Shown here: positions 21,831 to 29,681 of the stretch, in pieces
Layout: each line of letters starts with the position of its first letter
Numbering within the stretch: position 1 is the first letter of the stretch
NCBI GenBank assembly: GCA_963675515.1
Contig: OY776328.1
Span: forward strand, 480,001 to 512,000
Direction of reading: 5' to 3'
DNA length: 32,000 bases
Source: Coprobacillaceae bacterium
GTDB taxonomy: Bacteria; Bacillota_I; Bacilli_A; Erysipelotrichales; Coprobacillaceae
Program-made: the position numbers and the translations under genes
Notes under the pieces: generated by a model
What the model was told of the DNA's origin: nothing
The model's input: only the letters and a program-made list of their open reading frames with translations
The model's database searches: none

Positions 21831-23645
21831 CTATTTCATTTTCGTACTATTTCTTGAATTTGCTATTCGTGTAAATTTTTTTAAATATTTTTGCGTCAAT
21901 ATTTCTCTAGATGGTTGGAAGCCAAATACTTCACCCAATTCATCAATTGCCAACGTTCGTTTGAATGATGGAATGTAGTTGTTTCCACCTACATGGGTTA
22001 CGTTTAATTTTCTTAGTGTCTCTATGATTTCGCTACATGTGTATTTGCTTTTCAAATATTCCTTTTCCAATATACGGTATACCAGTAATGCCATAAAGCA
22101 GATAAGCAGGTGACCGTTGATTGCATCTTTTCTTGATACATAGATTGGTCTGGTTTTAAGTTCGCTCTTCATTATTTCGAAGCTCTCTTCTATCTCCCAA
22201 CGGCGCTTATTTGCGCTAATGATTAATGACATATTATCATCTGTCAAGTCGGTTGTGACCGCATAAAATCCGTCGTATTTGGCATCCTCTTCAACTTTGC
22301 TTTCGTCAATTGAATAGTAAGTCTTATCTGCCACTTCACCATTTTCTGTTGCCTCTATCTTCTTGATATAATATTTTGGATCCCGTGGATTACTGGTTTT
22401 AATTTTCCCGGGATTTTTCAATAGCTTCCGCGCTCTTTCCAATTTCTTTTCTCGGATATAACTTTGATATTGTTTGAATTTGTAGCTGAACGAAACAATC
22501 AAGTGTTCTTCCAGGGTGTATTTGTCTTCGGTTTGTTCTGATTTTTTGGTTGTCTTTACCCATCTATCCTTGTAGAACACCACATCTCTAATATTGTGTT
22601 CTTTGCCATCTATTATTATAGTGTCATCGAGCTTGCTTATATCGAATAATCCCGGCTGACCAATGATTTTCCATCCTTTGGGGTCTGTGGCCCATTTCTT
22701 CAAAGTTTTATTCAATTTTTTTATCGGCTGGGTAACTATATAAGCACCATGAGCTTTTCGGTCGTTATAGACCTTGTTTTCCCAACCATTAAGTCCGGCA
22801 TCAGCACACACAATAAACTTGCTGAACTCGAAGTCTTTTTCAATCTGCTGCTCTAGCTCTCTTAAGGAAAATTGTTCGTTCTTATTGCCTTCAAAAGTGA
22901 TGTCCGCAATCGGGATCCCATCTGCATCCATAAATAAGCCGTATTGAACAATGGGGTTTGGGCGGTTTTCCTTACTTTTCCCGTATTTTTTATAATCGTC
23001 TTCTTCCTCAACTTCAAAATAGAAGTTGGTGCAATCATAGTAGAGAATACTGTTGTTTCTTTCCATGACATTGGTGCTGTTCTTGTATAATTCACTTTCA
23101 AAAAAATATCGTTCTTCCGCTAAAACTGGTAAAGATCGATACACATCCTCCAGCTGATATTGTGGAGAATCCAAAAAGTGATGGGCATCCCTGAAAGAGG
23201 AACGTTTAGAACCTGGGTAGATGATACGGGTGCAAACCAAATCACAAACAATCTGATAGAGATCAAACTGGAACTTGCGGTCATTCTGAATTTTATTGCA
23301 GATGTCTTTAATACCGAGTGATGAAATAATATTTTTAGGATAGAGATAGCCAAGATTGAACAATCTTTCTTCATCTAGAGGAATCAGCTTAGACGGGGAA
23401 AATTGGATGGGGATTAGAGCTTTGTTTTCCTTGTCCTGATCGCGTAGCTTAGAAACATAAAGATTAAGGTTTTCAATTACGACATCGCGGGAGTCGGTAT
23501 CGTATTTCTTCAATAGCGAATCCAGAGAACCGAGACGTTCGACAACAAAAGTCGATCGTTTTTTTGTTTTAGGATCGGTAAAATCATCGATAACAGAAAA
23601 TGATTCAGAGTTCTTTGATTTGGAAATTTTTATGCGTTTAGCCAT
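21831..23645 (-). CDS. IS1634-family DDE transposase
   Basis: The N-terminus MAKRIKISKSKNSESFSVIDDFTDPKTKKRSTFVVERLGSL is typical of IS1634-type transposases. Candidate catalytic residues are in LYYDCTNFYFE, FIVCADAGLNG and KRRWEIEESFEIMKSELKTRP. Confidence 0.9.
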   Translation of the reverse strand: MAKRIKISKSKNSESFSVIDDFTDPKTKKRSTFVVERLGSLDSLLKKYDTDSRDVVIENLNLYVSKLRDQDKENKALIPIQFSPSKLIPLDEERLFNLGYLYPKNIISSLGIKDICNKIQNDRKFQFDLYQIVCDLVCTRIIYPGSKRSSFRDAHHFLDSPQYQLEDVYRSLPVLAEERYFFESELYKNSTNVMERNNSILYYDCTNFYFEVEEEDDYKKYGKSKENRPNPIVQYGLFMDADGIPIADITFEGNKNEQFSLRELEQQIEKDFEFSKFIVCADAGLNGWENKVYNDRKAHGAYIVTQPIKKLNKTLKKWATDPKGWKIIGQPGLFDISKLDDTIIIDGKEHNIRDVVFYKDRWVKTTKKSEQTEDKYTLEEHLIVSFSYKFKQYQSYIREKKLERARKLLKNPGKIKTSNPRDPKYYIKKIEATENGEVADKTYYSIDESKVEEDAKYDGFYAVTTDLTDDNMSLIISANKRRWEIEESFEIMKSELKTRPIYVSRKDAINGHLLICFMALLVYRILEKEYLKSKYTCSEIIETLRKLNVTHVGGNNYIPSFKRTLAIDELGEVFGFQPSREILTQKYLKKFTRIANSRNSTKMK

Positions 23646-23779
23646 GGGAATATCACCTCAGGTATATTATACCACACGGTACCCAATAGTACGAATATAA
23701 ATTTAATAAAATTTGACAAAAAAAGCGCCTACTTTAGGGCGTTACCGAGTTTATAAGGTTGTGCAAGTGTAAAACGTCC

Positions 23780-23950
23780 GGGCCGGTTCAAGGAAGAGAG
23801 TTTATATTATTTAGGGAGAGAGATAAGGTTCAATTACCTTACAAGAAAAATATACCCTAGTAAGATGAACTCCATATTAACCTGCAACCGCAAATTGTGT
23901 CTGATTATTGGGGATTTTGAATTGACAACAGCAAGATAATGCGCTATTAT
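23780..23950. repeat. 171-bp direct repeat, copy 2 (right flank of the IS)
   Basis: See copy 1. Mismatches at 23847 and 23858. Confidence 0.95.
23922..23950 (+). promoter_or_regulatory. PTS operon promoter (functional copy)
   Basis: TTGACA, a 17-nt spacer, then TATTAT, located 144 nt upstream of the EIICB start codon and directly followed by the RAT/terminator leader. Confidence 0.7.
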
Positions 23951-23963
23951 ATTTGTTGCAAGT

Positions 23964-23992
23964 AGTGTGTTACTGTTAAATCAGGCATCAAC
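23964..23992 (+). promoter_or_regulatory. RAT (ribonucleic antiterminator) element for a BglG/GlcT-type antiterminator
   Basis: AGTGTGTTACTGTTAAATCAGGCATCAAC matches the RAT core GTGTTACTG-N-CAGGCA known from B. subtilis ptsG/sacB/bgl leaders. Its 3' part overlaps the left arm of the terminator. Confidence 0.75.
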
Positions 23993-24046
23993 TTATATTC
24001 GAAAGTCGTTTTTTGCGTACTTTTCGATATGGTTGATGCTTTTTTT
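23985..24046 (+). terminator. Leader (attenuator) terminator controlled by RAT/antiterminator binding
   Basis: GCATCAAC..ATATTCGAAAGT pairs with ACTTTTCGATAT..GTTGATGC, followed by T7. Confidence 0.7.
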
Positions 24047-24093
24047 GTCGGGCCCAAAGTACCGCTGCTTAGAAAAATATAGGGAGACAGTTA

Positions 24094-25707
24094 ATGAAAG
24101 ATAAATCTTTTGCGATATTGCAAAGAGTCGGAAGAAGTTTCATGTTGCCAATCGCGATCTTGCCTGTGGCGGGGTTGTTGCTTGGAATAGGGGGATCATT
24201 CACAAACGAAACAATGATCTCGGCATATCACCTGGAAGCCATTCTAGGTGAAGGTACTATTTTGAATGCGTTGCTGACAGTTATGTCAAACTGCGGCGAT
24301 ATCATTTTTACGAATCTGCCAGTAATTTTTGCCATGGGTGTGGCAATCGGTATGGCCAAGACTGAAAAGGCGGTTGCGGCATTGGCAGCAGCCATTTCAT
24401 TCTTTGTGATGCATACGGCAATTTCGACTATGGGAACCATAACTGGCGGGTTTGCGAATCTGCCTGAAGGTTCGGTTACCAGCACTGTTGGAATCCAGAC
24501 ACTTCAAATGGGTGTCTTCGGAGGTATCATCGTCGGTTTGGGGGTTTCTTACCTTCACAACAAATACTACAAGATGCAGATGCCACAGGTATTGTCATTC
24601 TTCGGAGGAACCCGTTTTGTGCCGATCGTTTCAGCGGGCGCATATGTCCTGATCGGAATCCTGATGTATTTCACCTGGCCATTCATCCAGTCGGCGATCT
24701 ATTCGCTTGGAGATGTGGTTCGCGGTACTGGATATTTTGGAACGTTCATTTACGGGGTGATTGAAAGAGCGTTGATTCCATTCGGTCTTCACCACGTATT
24801 CTATTTGCCGTTCTGGCAGACTGGAGTCGGTGGAACTATGGTTGTCGATGGCAACCTGATCGAGGGAGCTCAGAATATCTTCTTCGCCCAATTGGCATCA
24901 GGTAACACAACTCAATTCTCGGTTGAAGCAACCCGATTCATGGCCGGTAAATTCCCGTTCATGATCTTTGGATTGCCAGGTGCGGCCTTGGCGATTTACC
25001 ATACTGCCAAGAAGGAAAAACGCGAAGTTGTCGGAGGATTGTTGATCTCGGCGGCACTTACAGCCATGCTTACAGGTATCACTGAACCAATCGAATTCAC
25101 ATTCCTTTTCGTGGCTCCGTTGCTTTATGGAGTTCACTGTGTGCTGGCTGGTCTGTCATATATGTTCATGCATATCCTGAGCGTTGGTGTCGGGATGACA
25201 TTCTCGGGAGGGATCATTGACTTGTTCCTGTTCGGGATTCTCCAAGGAAATGACAAGACAAACTGGATCTGGGTTATTATTGTCGGACTTGGATACTTTG
25301 TGGTTTACTACTTCCTGTTCAAGACGTTCATCATCAAGATGAATCTTAAAACTCCAGGACGTGAAGACGACACTGAAGAAACAAAGCTTTACTCACGCGC
25401 CGATTTCGACAAGAAGTCGGGAATCAACTCATCAGTCGGTTCGGCATCTAATGCATCTCAAGGCGGAGACAATACCGTATCGGCATTGCTTGAAAAAGGA
25501 CTTGGTGGAGCTGACAATATCGCCGACATCGACTGTTGCGCGACCCGGCTGAGAACGACTGTGGTCGACGAAACCAAAGTCAACGAAGCATTGTTGAAAC
25601 AATCAGGTGCGGCTGGTGTTGTGATCCGCGGCAAAGGGGTTCAGATAATCTACGGACCTCAGGTGACTGTCATCAAAGCTAATTTCGAAGAATATCTGGC
25701 TAAATAG
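24094..25707 (+). CDS. ptsG: PTS glucose-family transporter subunit EIICB
   Basis: 537 aa. The polytopic EIIC has GITEPIEFTFLF. The C-terminal EIIB domain has the phosphocysteine motif DIDCCATRLR. RBS AGGGAGA. Sugar specificity (glucose, GlcNAc or maltose) cannot be resolved by eye. Confidence 0.88.
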   Translation: MKDKSFAILQRVGRSFMLPIAILPVAGLLLGIGGSFTNETMISAYHLEAILGEGTILNALLTVMSNCGDIIFTNLPVIFAMGVAIGMAKTEKAVAALAAAISFFVMHTAISTMGTITGGFANLPEGSVTSTVGIQTLQMGVFGGIIVGLGVSYLHNKYYKMQMPQVLSFFGGTRFVPIVSAGAYVLIGILMYFTWPFIQSAIYSLGDVVRGTGYFGTFIYGVIERALIPFGLHHVFYLPFWQTGVGGTMVVDGNLIEGAQNIFFAQLASGNTTQFSVEATRFMAGKFPFMIFGLPGAALAIYHTAKKEKREVVGGLLISAALTAMLTGITEPIEFTFLFVAPLLYGVHCVLAGLSYMFMHILSVGVGMTFSGGIIDLFLFGILQGNDKTNWIWVIIVGLGYFVVYYFLFKTFIIKMNLKTPGREDDTEETKLYSRADFDKKSGINSSVGSASNASQGGDNTVSALLEKGLGGADNIADIDCCATRLRTTVVDETKVNEALLKQSGAAGVVIRGKGVQIIYGPQVTVIKANFEEYLAK

Positions 25708-25708
25708 A

Positions 25709-26122
25709 ATGAAAAAGTATGCGGCTTACCTTATCGATATGACCTTGTACATTGTCGTTTCTTCTGTGTATTATCTGTTTTTTCAGGTGTTTTTGATGGA
25801 TAATGACATTTCCAAGGCTTACTTCATGATTGTTTGTGCTATAATAACTATGTTATATTTTACCACTTTCTTTCCTCGTAAGACCGGCGGCCAGACAATC
25901 GGGATGTATCTTATGAAAATCAGGGTGGTCAATCGTGACGGAAACCCGCGGACTTATTTCCAGTCGTTCATCAGGGAAATGGTTCTCAAGTATTCGATGG
26001 GACCTTTCTTTCTGGTGATGACATCCATTTATCTGATAATCTGGAACGGATTTGTCAAACGGGACCTTACCAGGGAACTGCCTCACGACATTTTCCTCAA
26101 TACAAAAATAAAGGAGATTTAA
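25709..26122 (+). CDS. RDD-family integral membrane protein
   Basis: 137 aa with three predicted transmembrane segments. RDD-family pattern AAYLIDM ... GQTIGMYLMKIRVV ... PHDIFLNTKI. The ATG is 1 nt after the EIICB stop and has no separate RBS, which suggests translational coupling. Confidence 0.7.
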   Translation: MKKYAAYLIDMTLYIVVSSVYYLFFQVFLMDNDISKAYFMIVCAIITMLYFTTFFPRKTGGQTIGMYLMKIRVVNRDGNPRTYFQSFIREMVLKYSMGPFFLVMTSIYLIIWNGFVKRDLTRELPHDIFLNTKIKEI

Positions 26123-26124
26123 AA

Positions 26125-26601
26125 ATGGCATTTTTCAAAAGAAAAAAAGCAAAGGTGATGGAAATCACAGCGCCAGTCAACGGTCTGGCAAAAAACATCG
26201 AGGAGACACCTGACCCGGTATTCTCTCAAAGAATGATGGGCGACGGTATCATCATCGAACCTAAAGACGGCAGATTGGTCGCTCCAGTCAAAGCCGAAGT
26301 ATCTCTGGTTTTCCCGACTCTACACGCTGTCGGTCTGAAAACGGAAGACGGAACCGAAATCCTGCTGCACTTCGGTCTGGAAACGGTAGCCTTGAATGGC
26401 GAAGGATTTACCAGCCATATTGAAAAAGGACAAATCGTTAATCCTGGAGATCTGTTGATCGAAGCGGATTTGGATTACATTCGTCAAAACGCCACAAGTG
26501 ATGTCCTTATCATGGTCTTCACCGCTCTTAATGAAGGAAAATCATTGGAGTTCAACTATGGTGAAGTGACAACTAAAGATGTAGTTGCAAAAATAAAATA
26601 A
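26125..26601 (+). CDS. crr: PTS glucose-family EIIA component
   Basis: DPVFSQRMMGDGIIIEP, HAVGL, and LLHFGLETVALNGEGF (the two conserved His residues). RBS AAGGAG. Confidence 0.9.
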   Translation: MAFFKRKKAKVMEITAPVNGLAKNIEETPDPVFSQRMMGDGIIIEPKDGRLVAPVKAEVSLVFPTLHAVGLKTEDGTEILLHFGLETVALNGEGFTSHIEKGQIVNPGDLLIEADLDYIRQNATSDVLIMVFTALNEGKSLEFNYGEVTTKDVVAKIK

Positions 26602-27452
26602 TGTACCACATCCTCCGTGTTTTAAATAATTCCTGCGTTTTAGTAAAAGATGAAAATGATGTTGAAATAATTATCCTCCATAACGGTATCGGCTTTGCCA
26701 AGAAACCAGGCGATCTCATTGAAAAAAGAGACGATTACCAGGTCTATTCACTGGAAAATGAAGATACCAGGAGAATCAAGGAGTTGGTGACGAACACTAA
26801 TCCGCTTTTTATTGAAGTTGCAGGAGAAATCATAAGTTTAGCTAAACAAAGATTCAGTGGCGTGGACGACAAGATTTTGGTTGCGCTGGCCGATCATATC
26901 GAGTTTGTGGTATACCGCATCGAAAACGGCATCGCGATCACCAATCCTTTTTCCCAGGATATTTCAATATTATTTGAAGATGAATATGCAGTGGCTTTAG
27001 AAGCAAAAAAGATTATTTATGAACGCTGTGGGGTTATTATCAACGATGATGAGGTGGCCTTTATCACCCTTCATATCCACACCGCCTTGACCAAGTCAAG
27101 CAAGGTGAACAATTTCATTGAACTGACCAGAATCGTAAACAAGTATCTGGGAATCATGGAGCGTGATTTTGAAATAAAGATCGACAACAATACGGTATTC
27201 TACAACCGTTTTTTGACCCATATCAAGTATATGTTGGTGCGAATTGAAAGAAACGAAGAGCTGTCGGTCGATATCTCGGAGTTCATCAAGCTGAAATATG
27301 AATACGCCTACTCACTGGCGCAGAAAATCTGCATCGAGATATCAAAGAACTTCTCCTATCCTCTTAATGATGCGGAAGTCAGCTATCTGGCCATTCATAT
27401 CGAAAGAATCAAGAACGATGAAATTGAACGCAGTAAAAAACAAGCCCGGTGA
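26601..27452 (+). CDS. glcT: BglG/LicT/GlcT-family transcription antiterminator (CAT plus two PRD domains)
   Basis: The N-terminal CAT domain is MYHILRVLNNSCVLVKDENDVEIIILHNGIGF. The PRD histidines are in ALADHIEF, ITLHIH and LAIHIERI. The ATG overlaps the crr TAA by 1 nt. Confidence 0.85.
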   Translation: MYHILRVLNNSCVLVKDENDVEIIILHNGIGFAKKPGDLIEKRDDYQVYSLENEDTRRIKELVTNTNPLFIEVAGEIISLAKQRFSGVDDKILVALADHIEFVVYRIENGIAITNPFSQDISILFEDEYAVALEAKKIIYERCGVIINDDEVAFITLHIHTALTKSSKVNNFIELTRIVNKYLGIMERDFEIKIDNNTVFYNRFLTHIKYMLVRIERNEELSVDISEFIKLKYEYAYSLAQKICIEISKNFSYPLNDAEVSYLAIHIERIKNDEIERSKKQAR

Positions 27453-27468
27453 ACAGGCTTGTTTTTTT
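27435..27468 (+). terminator. PTS operon terminator
   Basis: ACAAGCC-loop-GGCTTGT followed by T7. The loop contains the glcT stop codon. Confidence 0.75.
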
Positions 27469-27565
27469 GGAAGAAATTGAATCAGAATTTAACTAGCTTT
27501 CTACTACAAGTTGAATATATCATGATACAGTCGCACAAAAACGGCGATGGTATGGGAAAAAATGG

Positions 27566-27598
27566 GAAGCAAAAAGCACCGCGTTGACGCAGTGCTTA
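27566..27598 (-). terminator. SemiSWEET gene terminator
   Basis: On the minus strand, TAAGCAC-TGCGTCAACGCG-GTGCTTTTTG immediately at the stop codon. Confidence 0.6.
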
Positions 27599-27850
27599 TT
27601 TTTTTACAAAAAATGTGTATTTGACTTTGTAAAAAAGGATGATGCTTGCGAAGACAAAAGTGATGGCGTTGGCTCCGATTACCGGAAAGTCTCCGATATT
27701 GATGCCATGGACAAACCATAAAAAAACGCCCGTTACAAACATGATGTACATTCCCAGGGAAATCCCGCTTGTATCTTTGGTTTTGATTACTTGAATTGCT
27801 TGAGGGACAAACGAAAGCGTTGTCAATACTGCGGCAATGGTTCCAATCAT
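27596..27850 (-). CDS. SemiSWEET (PQ-loop/MtN3 single-repeat) sugar transporter
   Basis: 84 aa with three transmembrane helices and the PQ motif LSFVPQAIQVIKTKDTSGISL. The start is set at the ATG behind the RBS AAGGAG. The 23-codon extension in the track has no RBS. Confidence 0.75.
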   Translation of the reverse strand: MIGTIAAVLTTLSFVPQAIQVIKTKDTSGISLGMYIMFVTGVFLWFVHGINIGDFPVIGANAITFVFASIILFYKVKYTFFVKK

Positions 27851-27986
27851 AAAAATCTCCTTCAATATGGTATATTCAGTTGTGCGTAGCCGGCAATTGC
27901 CTACTATGACTGTGTTCAAGATATTCTTGCCCGCAAATTAAACCACAAATACACCTTTGAATTGCGATTTTTCAAATCATGAAAAT

Positions 27987-28427
27987 CTATTTGGAAATCC
28001 GCAAAGTTTCCTTGGTCGCGCAGATCTTGTCGGCCAGGGTCACGATCATTCCGATTCTTGTAGCCGGAGGGATCGGGGTCAGCGGAAACATATGGCACTT
28101 GATGGCGTTTTGGATTTCAAGATCGACCTGATAGTCACGCATCGCATTTTCGCTTGCCTTCTTGCCATGGAAAAATCCGTGGAGGTTGTGGTTTTCGTCT
28201 TTGACATGCCAGTCATACAGGTAGTAATCATGCAACAAAGCGGCAATGATCAAACGACGGTGGTCGATTTTGATATTCAGCTTTTGGGTTATCGTGACTG
28301 ACATGATCGCAACGTCTCGACAATGTTCGGCGACAGTTTTTGTGCCATGGGCGATGAAGGTCTCGAGCATCCGGTAATTCCCGGTATCATTAAGTTCAAT
28401 TATTATTTCATCTATTAGTTTTATCAT
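27987..28427 (-). CDS. HD-domain metal-dependent phosphohydrolase (small, single domain)
   Basis: 146 aa. H...HD signature: AEHCRDVA, then AALLHDYYLYDWH, with further conserved His residues (LHGFFHG, KCHMFP). Confidence 0.7.
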   Translation of the reverse strand: MIKLIDEIIIELNDTGNYRMLETFIAHGTKTVAEHCRDVAIMSVTITQKLNIKIDHRRLIIAALLHDYYLYDWHVKDENHNLHGFFHGKKASENAMRDYQVDLEIQNAIKCHMFPLTPIPPATRIGMIVTLADKICATKETLRISK

Positions 28428-28538
28428 AGTTCCATTTTAATTGTTTCATGCGAATTTACAAGCATAATGTTCAATTTTTTTGCTTTGCCACATTTTTGTC
28501 AAATCCATGTAATATGATATGATCAGGAGGTAGGACAT

Positions 28539-28709
28539 ATGGGACTATTGTTGATTATTGGGATTGGATACTTGCTCTATCTGCAGTTTGGTGAAAAAAG
28601 CACAGGCGATAGACTTGGAGCCAAAGACATCCTGATGAAAAAATATCTGAATAATGAAATAAGTGAAGAAGAGTATTTGCACAAACTCGAAGTCATCAAT
28701 CGTAAATAG
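28539..28709 (+). CDS. Small membrane protein with a C-terminal SHOCT domain (56 aa, missing from the ORF track)
   Basis: RBS AGGAGG at 28525-28530, ATG 28539. Translation is MGLLLIIGIGYLLYLQFGEKSTGDRLGAKDILMKKYLNNEISEEEYLHKLEVINRK. This is one transmembrane helix plus the SHOCT-like motif L..(R/K)Y..GEISEEEY..K...L. Confidence 0.65.
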   Translation: MGLLLIIGIGYLLYLQFGEKSTGDRLGAKDILMKKYLNNEISEEEYLHKLEVINRK

Positions 28710-28721
28710 GAGGAATTGATT

Positions 28722-28979
28722 ATGCGTTTTTTTGATTATGGACATTATCCTTACGGGTACATGATGTCAGGTGATTGGAACTGGTACTATCTGGGCTTCC
28801 ATCTGGTTGGAATCGGAGTATTGCTGCTGGGGGCATGGCTTGTCTACCGGCTTATCAAGAAAAGAAAAGTCACAAATGAAAACTCAGCGGCATTGGACAC
28901 TTTGAAAAATCTCTACGCAAGTGGTACAATTGACGAAGAGGAGTACCTAAGGAAAAAAGAGGTGCTCAGCCGCAAATAA
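28722..28979 (+). CDS. Small membrane protein with a C-terminal SHOCT domain
   Basis: RBS AGGAGGA at 28708-28714, ATG 28722. It has an aromatic-rich N-terminus (FFDYGHYPYGYMMSGDWNWYY), one transmembrane helix, and then LDTLKNLYASGTIDEEEYLRKKEVL (SHOCT). Confidence 0.7.
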   Translation: MRFFDYGHYPYGYMMSGDWNWYYLGFHLVGIGVLLLGAWLVYRLIKKRKVTNENSAALDTLKNLYASGTIDEEEYLRKKEVLSRK

Positions 28980-28997
28980 AATCCAAGGAGCCTAGCG

Positions 28998-29681
28998 ATG
29001 CATCGAATACTTGTAGTTGAAGACGAAAAAGAGATAACCAGAATAATGGAAAAATACCTCGAGCGGGAAGGCTACGCCTTTGATATCTGCCATGATGGAT
29101 TTTGCGCCCTTGAGCTGTTCGCCCAACACAAGTACAGCCTGGTTGTTCTGGATATCATGATGGAAGGGATTGACGGGCTTGAAGTGCTGCGGCGCATCAG
29201 GGGCGTTTCTACTGTGCCGGTACTTATGACGACAGCCCGCATCCAGGAAGCGGACCGCTTGAAGGGGTTCGAGTATGGCGGCGACGATTATATCGTCAAA
29301 CCCTACTCGATGAAAGAGCTGATGTCGAGGATCAAGGTTTTTATCAGCCGGGTTTATGGCACCAATGATAGCCTGACATTCGGTGATTTGAAAATCGACT
29401 TTCAACAGAAAGATGCATACCTGCAAGGTCAAAGGATAAATCTTTCCAGGGTCGAGTATGGGATATTGGAAGCCATGATGAAAAACCCCGATCGTGTATT
29501 TACAAGGGAACAGCTCATCGAGACGGTCCTGGGATTCGATGCGACCATCGACAGCAGGTCGATCGACACATATGTAAAAAGAATCCGCAGGAAAATAGAA
29601 TCGGATCCCAAAGACCCAAAACGGATCATGACAAGATATGGAATCGGCTACTATTTTGCGGGAGACCATGATGAAGACTAG
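28998..29681 (+). CDS. OmpR-family response regulator
   Basis: Receiver domain: ILVVEDE, LVVLDIMMEGIDG (phospho-Asp), and DDYIVKP. The winged-helix output domain has LSRVEYGILEAMMKNP and RSIDTYVKRIRRKIE. RBS AAGGAG. Confidence 0.92.
   Translation: MHRILVVEDEKEITRIMEKYLEREGYAFDICHDGFCALELFAQHKYSLVVLDIMMEGIDGLEVLRRIRGVSTVPVLMTTARIQEADRLKGFEYGGDDYIVKPYSMKELMSRIKVFISRVYGTNDSLTFGDLKIDFQQKDAYLQGQRINLSRVEYGILEAMMKNPDRVFTREQLIETVLGFDATIDSRSIDTYVKRIRRKIESDPKDPKRIMTRYGIGYYFAGDHDED

Larger units (their letters stand above)
21756..23779 (-). mobile_element. IS1634-family (IS4 superfamily) insertion sequence, about 2.02 kb
   Basis: A single 604-aa DDE transposase ORF. Imperfect terminal inverted repeats CGTTTTACAGTT (from 21760) and, on the reverse complement, CGTTTTACACTT (ending 23776). 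AT-rich relative to its flanks and bracketed by the 171-bp direct repeats. Confidence 0.85.

Noticed and set aside
23716-23745. Possible inward-facing terminator at the right IS end (CGCC..GGCG plus T7 on the minus strand)
   Set aside because: The stem is only 4-6 bp and has a bulge. It is too weak to annotate, although the T7 run is suggestive.
23883-23897. Possible CcpA cre site (TGCAACCGCAAATT) upstream of the PTS promoter
   Set aside because: It matches the central CG and left half of the cre consensus but fails in the right half (no NNCW match). The match is not convincing.
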